Assembly: GCA_964035545.1 (NCBI GenBank)
Contig: CAXIUT010000182.1
Coordinates: 1-25,341, forward strand
DNA: 25,341 nt
DNA from: Bugula neritina
Lineage: Eukaryota; Animalia; Bryozoa
Reading direction: 5' to 3'
How positions within the stretch are numbered: the first letter of the stretch is position 1; the number at the start of each line of letters is the position of its first letter. The position numbers were made by a program, and so were the translations under genes. The notes below the pieces were generated by a model. It was not told the DNA's origin and ran no database searches. It saw only the letters and a program-made list of their open reading frames with translations. Below are positions 21,934 to 25,341 of this stretch, piece by piece.

Positions 21934-22591
21934 ATGAAGAAAAGTGATAGATAGAAATAGAACAGATCAGTTCAGATAAAACTAACAGACAGACACACTA
22001 GTGACTAGACCAGAGAGAAACCATTTAAACCTTGCATCAAGTACATTCAATTAGATAAAGAGTTGATTATCATCCTGCTGAATCGAATTAAAAAATAATA
22101 AGAAGATATAAAAAACCTGTTATGATTGTCAAACACGTGCCTAATGAACGATTGGGTGTCAAAAGAGTTAATAATAATCAAGTCAGTTCAAGATTATTTG
22201 CTGATTCTGAGTATACTACTGGTCATCAAGAGGGAAAAGCGAATAGTTATCATAAGAAAGGAGTTGTGTAGGTTCAGGAGAATACTTATAGAGGCAAACA
22301 GGTTGATTAGCAACTGAGAAAACAGTTTATTGTGAGGAGTCGATCAGCTGTTTTCGGGAGGTCTCTAGAAATAAGAGCAGTAGGACAAAAGGAGAAGAGA
22401 CAAAGAGAAGTTATGAGTGGAAGTAGGAGTCTAGGAATGAGATGAAAGGGATTATGGAATATCGACATGTTGGAGCATTCAAAGACAATAAGATAGCATA
22501 GAAATGTACAAATGAAAGTGTAGGTAGCCGGAAGTTCAGGTTTTAGGACTTGCATCAGTATGACTTCAGGAAGAGCAAGAAGATGCTTTGA
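21934..22591 (+). CDS. hypothetical basic protein (~210 aa)
   Basis: Open after removing 20-nt intron 22041-22060. One apparent missing T near 22352. Without that correction the frame stops near 22445. Confidence 0.6.
22041..22060 (+). other. 20-nt intron
   Basis: GTACATTCAATTAGATAAAG. Removal extends the ORF well beyond the TGA near 22102. Confidence 0.65.
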
Positions 22592-22719
22592 ATGATATTG
22601 TAACTAAAATTATCTATTATTGATAATGAATGATATGAAAGATATAATGATAATATATGGTACAATAATATGATAATATATGATATATTAAGGATGATAA
22701 AAAGGATAAAATAGGTATA

Positions 22720-25145
22720 TCAGGCACAGATTTATTTCAAGAGGTTGTCAAAAGTGATTTTTTGGCTGAAGAGGTGAGTCTTTTAAAGATCAGAAAGATA
22801 TCTCTGTTTCTGTAGAAGGTTCCTGACTAAATATTCAACAATCTCACTAGATCTTACAGCTAAATAAACCCTTTCCTTTCCAAATCTATCTTAGCATTGG
22901 TAAATCCTTCAGAAATCAAGCTTTATCTGTCAAAAGAGTGAATTATTTTATTGTTCCAGTGATGATCTGCTTCTTTGTATGCCTTAGCTAGTAGCTATAT
23001 AGATCCATTGAAGTTGTCACTGCTGAAAAAGGGATTGTTTTATAGTTATTCTACTTTAAATATGCATTGACACTATTTCTATGACATAATGATGTTTTTA
23101 TCTTGTAGTTGCTTGATAATCTACTATATTTGTTCACTGATGAACACTATTAGAACCATTCTTTGAGGTTTCTCAGTTATTAGTCTAACTTGGTTTGATT
23201 ACAAAACAAACTAACTAATTTTTTGAGAGCATCAGTTTTTATAACTTAATTATTACCATATTGTTGTTGTTTTAGTTTATTCTTTCTTTATTAGATGCCA
23301 TTATCAATATTTTTTTTAAAGTTATCATAAGAAGACAATGTACTCTTTTTCATCTATGAAGACAGTTTACTATCCAATAATACATTATAATCCTGCTTGT
23401 TTGCTTGAAATGTTTTGATATCATTTCTATCTAACTTGAAATCATGGCTTATTTTATCTTTTATATCTATCTATTTATTACTACTTGTTTTTGGTTATTG
23501 CTATTATCTGAAATGGGCAGTTGATGGTCTCTAGTTTACCTTGTTTGATGTTCCGAAGTGAGGTACAAAATATTTATCGTTTGTATTTTAGTTGTTTTTA
23601 TGGGGTTATTGATGACTTTTGGTGACATTGACGCTGGTTGACCTATTTTTCATGACGAATGGGGTGAAGTCAATGTTGAGTCTTTTTTTTTAAGTTTATA
23701 ACTATTTTATTTTATTTTGGATTTTAGAAATTTACTCATTGACTTTCTTGCCACTCTTGAGTACATCAGCACTGTCAGTTAATACTGATTTAGATGTGGA
23801 GTTATTGAGATATGATCTTGAATTTTTGTAGCCTAGATTTTTAAATTGAGCACAACTATTGGCTCTAGAACAATCTATATTTTTATTTTAGTGTAATCTT
23901 GATATATAAGTCTCATCTGTCTTATCTGCTGAATACTCAAAGGTTCTTCTCTGCTTTTCACTGTCATTCTATCTATCTCTGAATCTCTCGATCTCCACCT
24001 GCTTCACCTATAATCTAGTCTATGGAGTCAAAATACTATGCTGGTATTTTGATGATATCATCAACTACTTATTCTATGACCTATTATGTTTCACATCATT
24101 AAGTCTGTTTCCCCTCAACATAAGATCTATTGACGTCTATATTTGATCTATTGACATCTATGTGAGATTTATTGACATCTACATTTGTTCTATTCACATC
24201 AACATTAGATCTATTGACATCTATGTGAGATTTATTGATATTGAGATTTACTTGATTATTACTATATTATTTTTCGTAGTTATGTTGATAAATTTAGTGT
24301 TTACTGGGCTAGTTGACAGTGGTATTGGTTCTTGAGTGATTATGTTTGATTTATTGATGATTTTATCTATGACTTTATATCTTATTAAGTTGATATTTAT
24401 TATTAGGTGTTTTCTAGTTCTCATTTAAACACGATAAAATAGATTTTATTTTAGAATTGATTTTATCTATATTATTCACTCTAGAGTCAAAATGTTTAAT
24501 ATTCTATTTTGTCTTATATATCTATTTATCTTTATATGACGATGATACCCTTCCCCTATTCACTGACTACTTCATGCTGTTCTTATTTACCAATGACTAT
24601 TTCATGTTATTTTTGTTAGTTAGTGATTATTTCATCTATCTGACTTTAGTTAGTAAAACCTATTATTACTATCTTGAATATTATTTCATTTTTGAAAAGT
24701 TTTGTCGGTGTTATTCATTTGTAAAACTACCTTTATGAAGACTGTCAAACTGTTTGTAGTCGAAATCGTTCTTCAAAGTACTTTTTTGGAGTCTGTTTAA
24801 AGCAAATGACTCTTTAAGAGGATCAGTATCAGCTATAGAAGTTAACTAAAATCGAGATTAATCTTGTTTTAAAGGAGATCTTTATTTGAATGGAGAAATA
24901 TTTTCTTTATAGGCATTGTTTTAAACAATTTGTCTTGATTTAATAGAATGATCTTGACTTCTATTGAGATGTTAAGTTCTTTGTCTACGAGAAGGAGTAT
25001 CATATTTTCTTTTGATTTAGTCTATTCTTTTTCTATCTTAGTTGGCTTTCACCTAAGAGTGACGATAACATGATGAAAGGTCACTCCTTTTGACTGCTTG
25101 ATAAGGATCTTAAGAAGATGCGTTGGAAAAGTTAAAGTTTTTCAT
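22720..25145 (-). CDS. hypothetical low-complexity protein (~800 aa) with C-terminal EF-hand-like pair, apparent indels
   Basis: ATG 25145 MKNFNFSNASSEDPYQAVKR. C-terminus IDLERKGFIELEDLVRLLNIESGTFYRNRDIFLIFKRL...ITFDNLLKEICA. Single-base corrections needed near 24410 and 22760. Confidence 0.6.
24118..24245 (-). repeat. 21-bp coding repeat (VNRSNID-like heptapeptides), about 6 copies
   Basis: INKSHID VNRSNVD VNRTNVD VNKSHID VNRSNID VNRSYVE on the minus strand. Confidence 0.8.
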
Positions 25146-25272
25146 AGGATGTAATATTTAACGAATAATAATAGCAGTTAAAATAATAACAACTAAATAA
25201 AATTATAAACTACCAATATAAATAGTAAATAATAGTGATTCGATATTTAATTAAATAATTTTTTGATAATTA

Positions 25273-25341
25273 GGGGTTGGGGTTGGGGTTGGGGTTGGGG
25301 TTGGGGTTGGGGTTGGGGTTGGGGTTGGGGTTGGGGTTGGG
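25273..25341 (+). repeat. Telomere (TTGGGG)n, 11.5 units
   Basis: Perfect GGGGTT repeats to the last base with the G-rich strand running 5'->3' toward the end. Same repeat as Tetrahymena. Confidence 0.99.

Noticed and set aside
1-25341. Complete nanochromosome, or a pseudogene-riddled region
   Set aside because: There is no CCCCAA telomere at the left end, and the many TAA/TAG codons are sense codons.

Overview
This window is the right-hand, telomere-capped end of a gene-dense, AT-rich ciliate macronuclear chromosome, ending in (TTGGGG)n at 25273-25341. The supplied ORF track is largely misleading because the DNA does not use the standard code. TAA and TAG both sit at invariant glutamate positions of conserved proteins and TGA is the stop, which is the peritrich-type code (NCBI table 30, UAR=Glu). 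Genes carry tiny GT-AG introns, mostly exactly 20 nt. Retranslated by hand, the window holds about 12-13 genes: a GNAT-like acetyltransferase (partial), NAT10/Kre33, an RBBP4/MSI1-like WD40 protein, a giant coiled-coil guanylate-binding protein, a USP20/33-architecture deubiquitinase lacking its catalytic residues and carrying an in-frame TGA, a PGPGxY-repeat (STPG/ODF3) protein, SEC63, an HMG-box protein, a RING/TRAF-type zinc-finger protein, an EF-hand-tailed protein and several hypotheticals. Scattered 1-nt indels in short homopolymers suggest unpolished long-read sequence. All protein calls come from manual translation and motif recall, not database searches.
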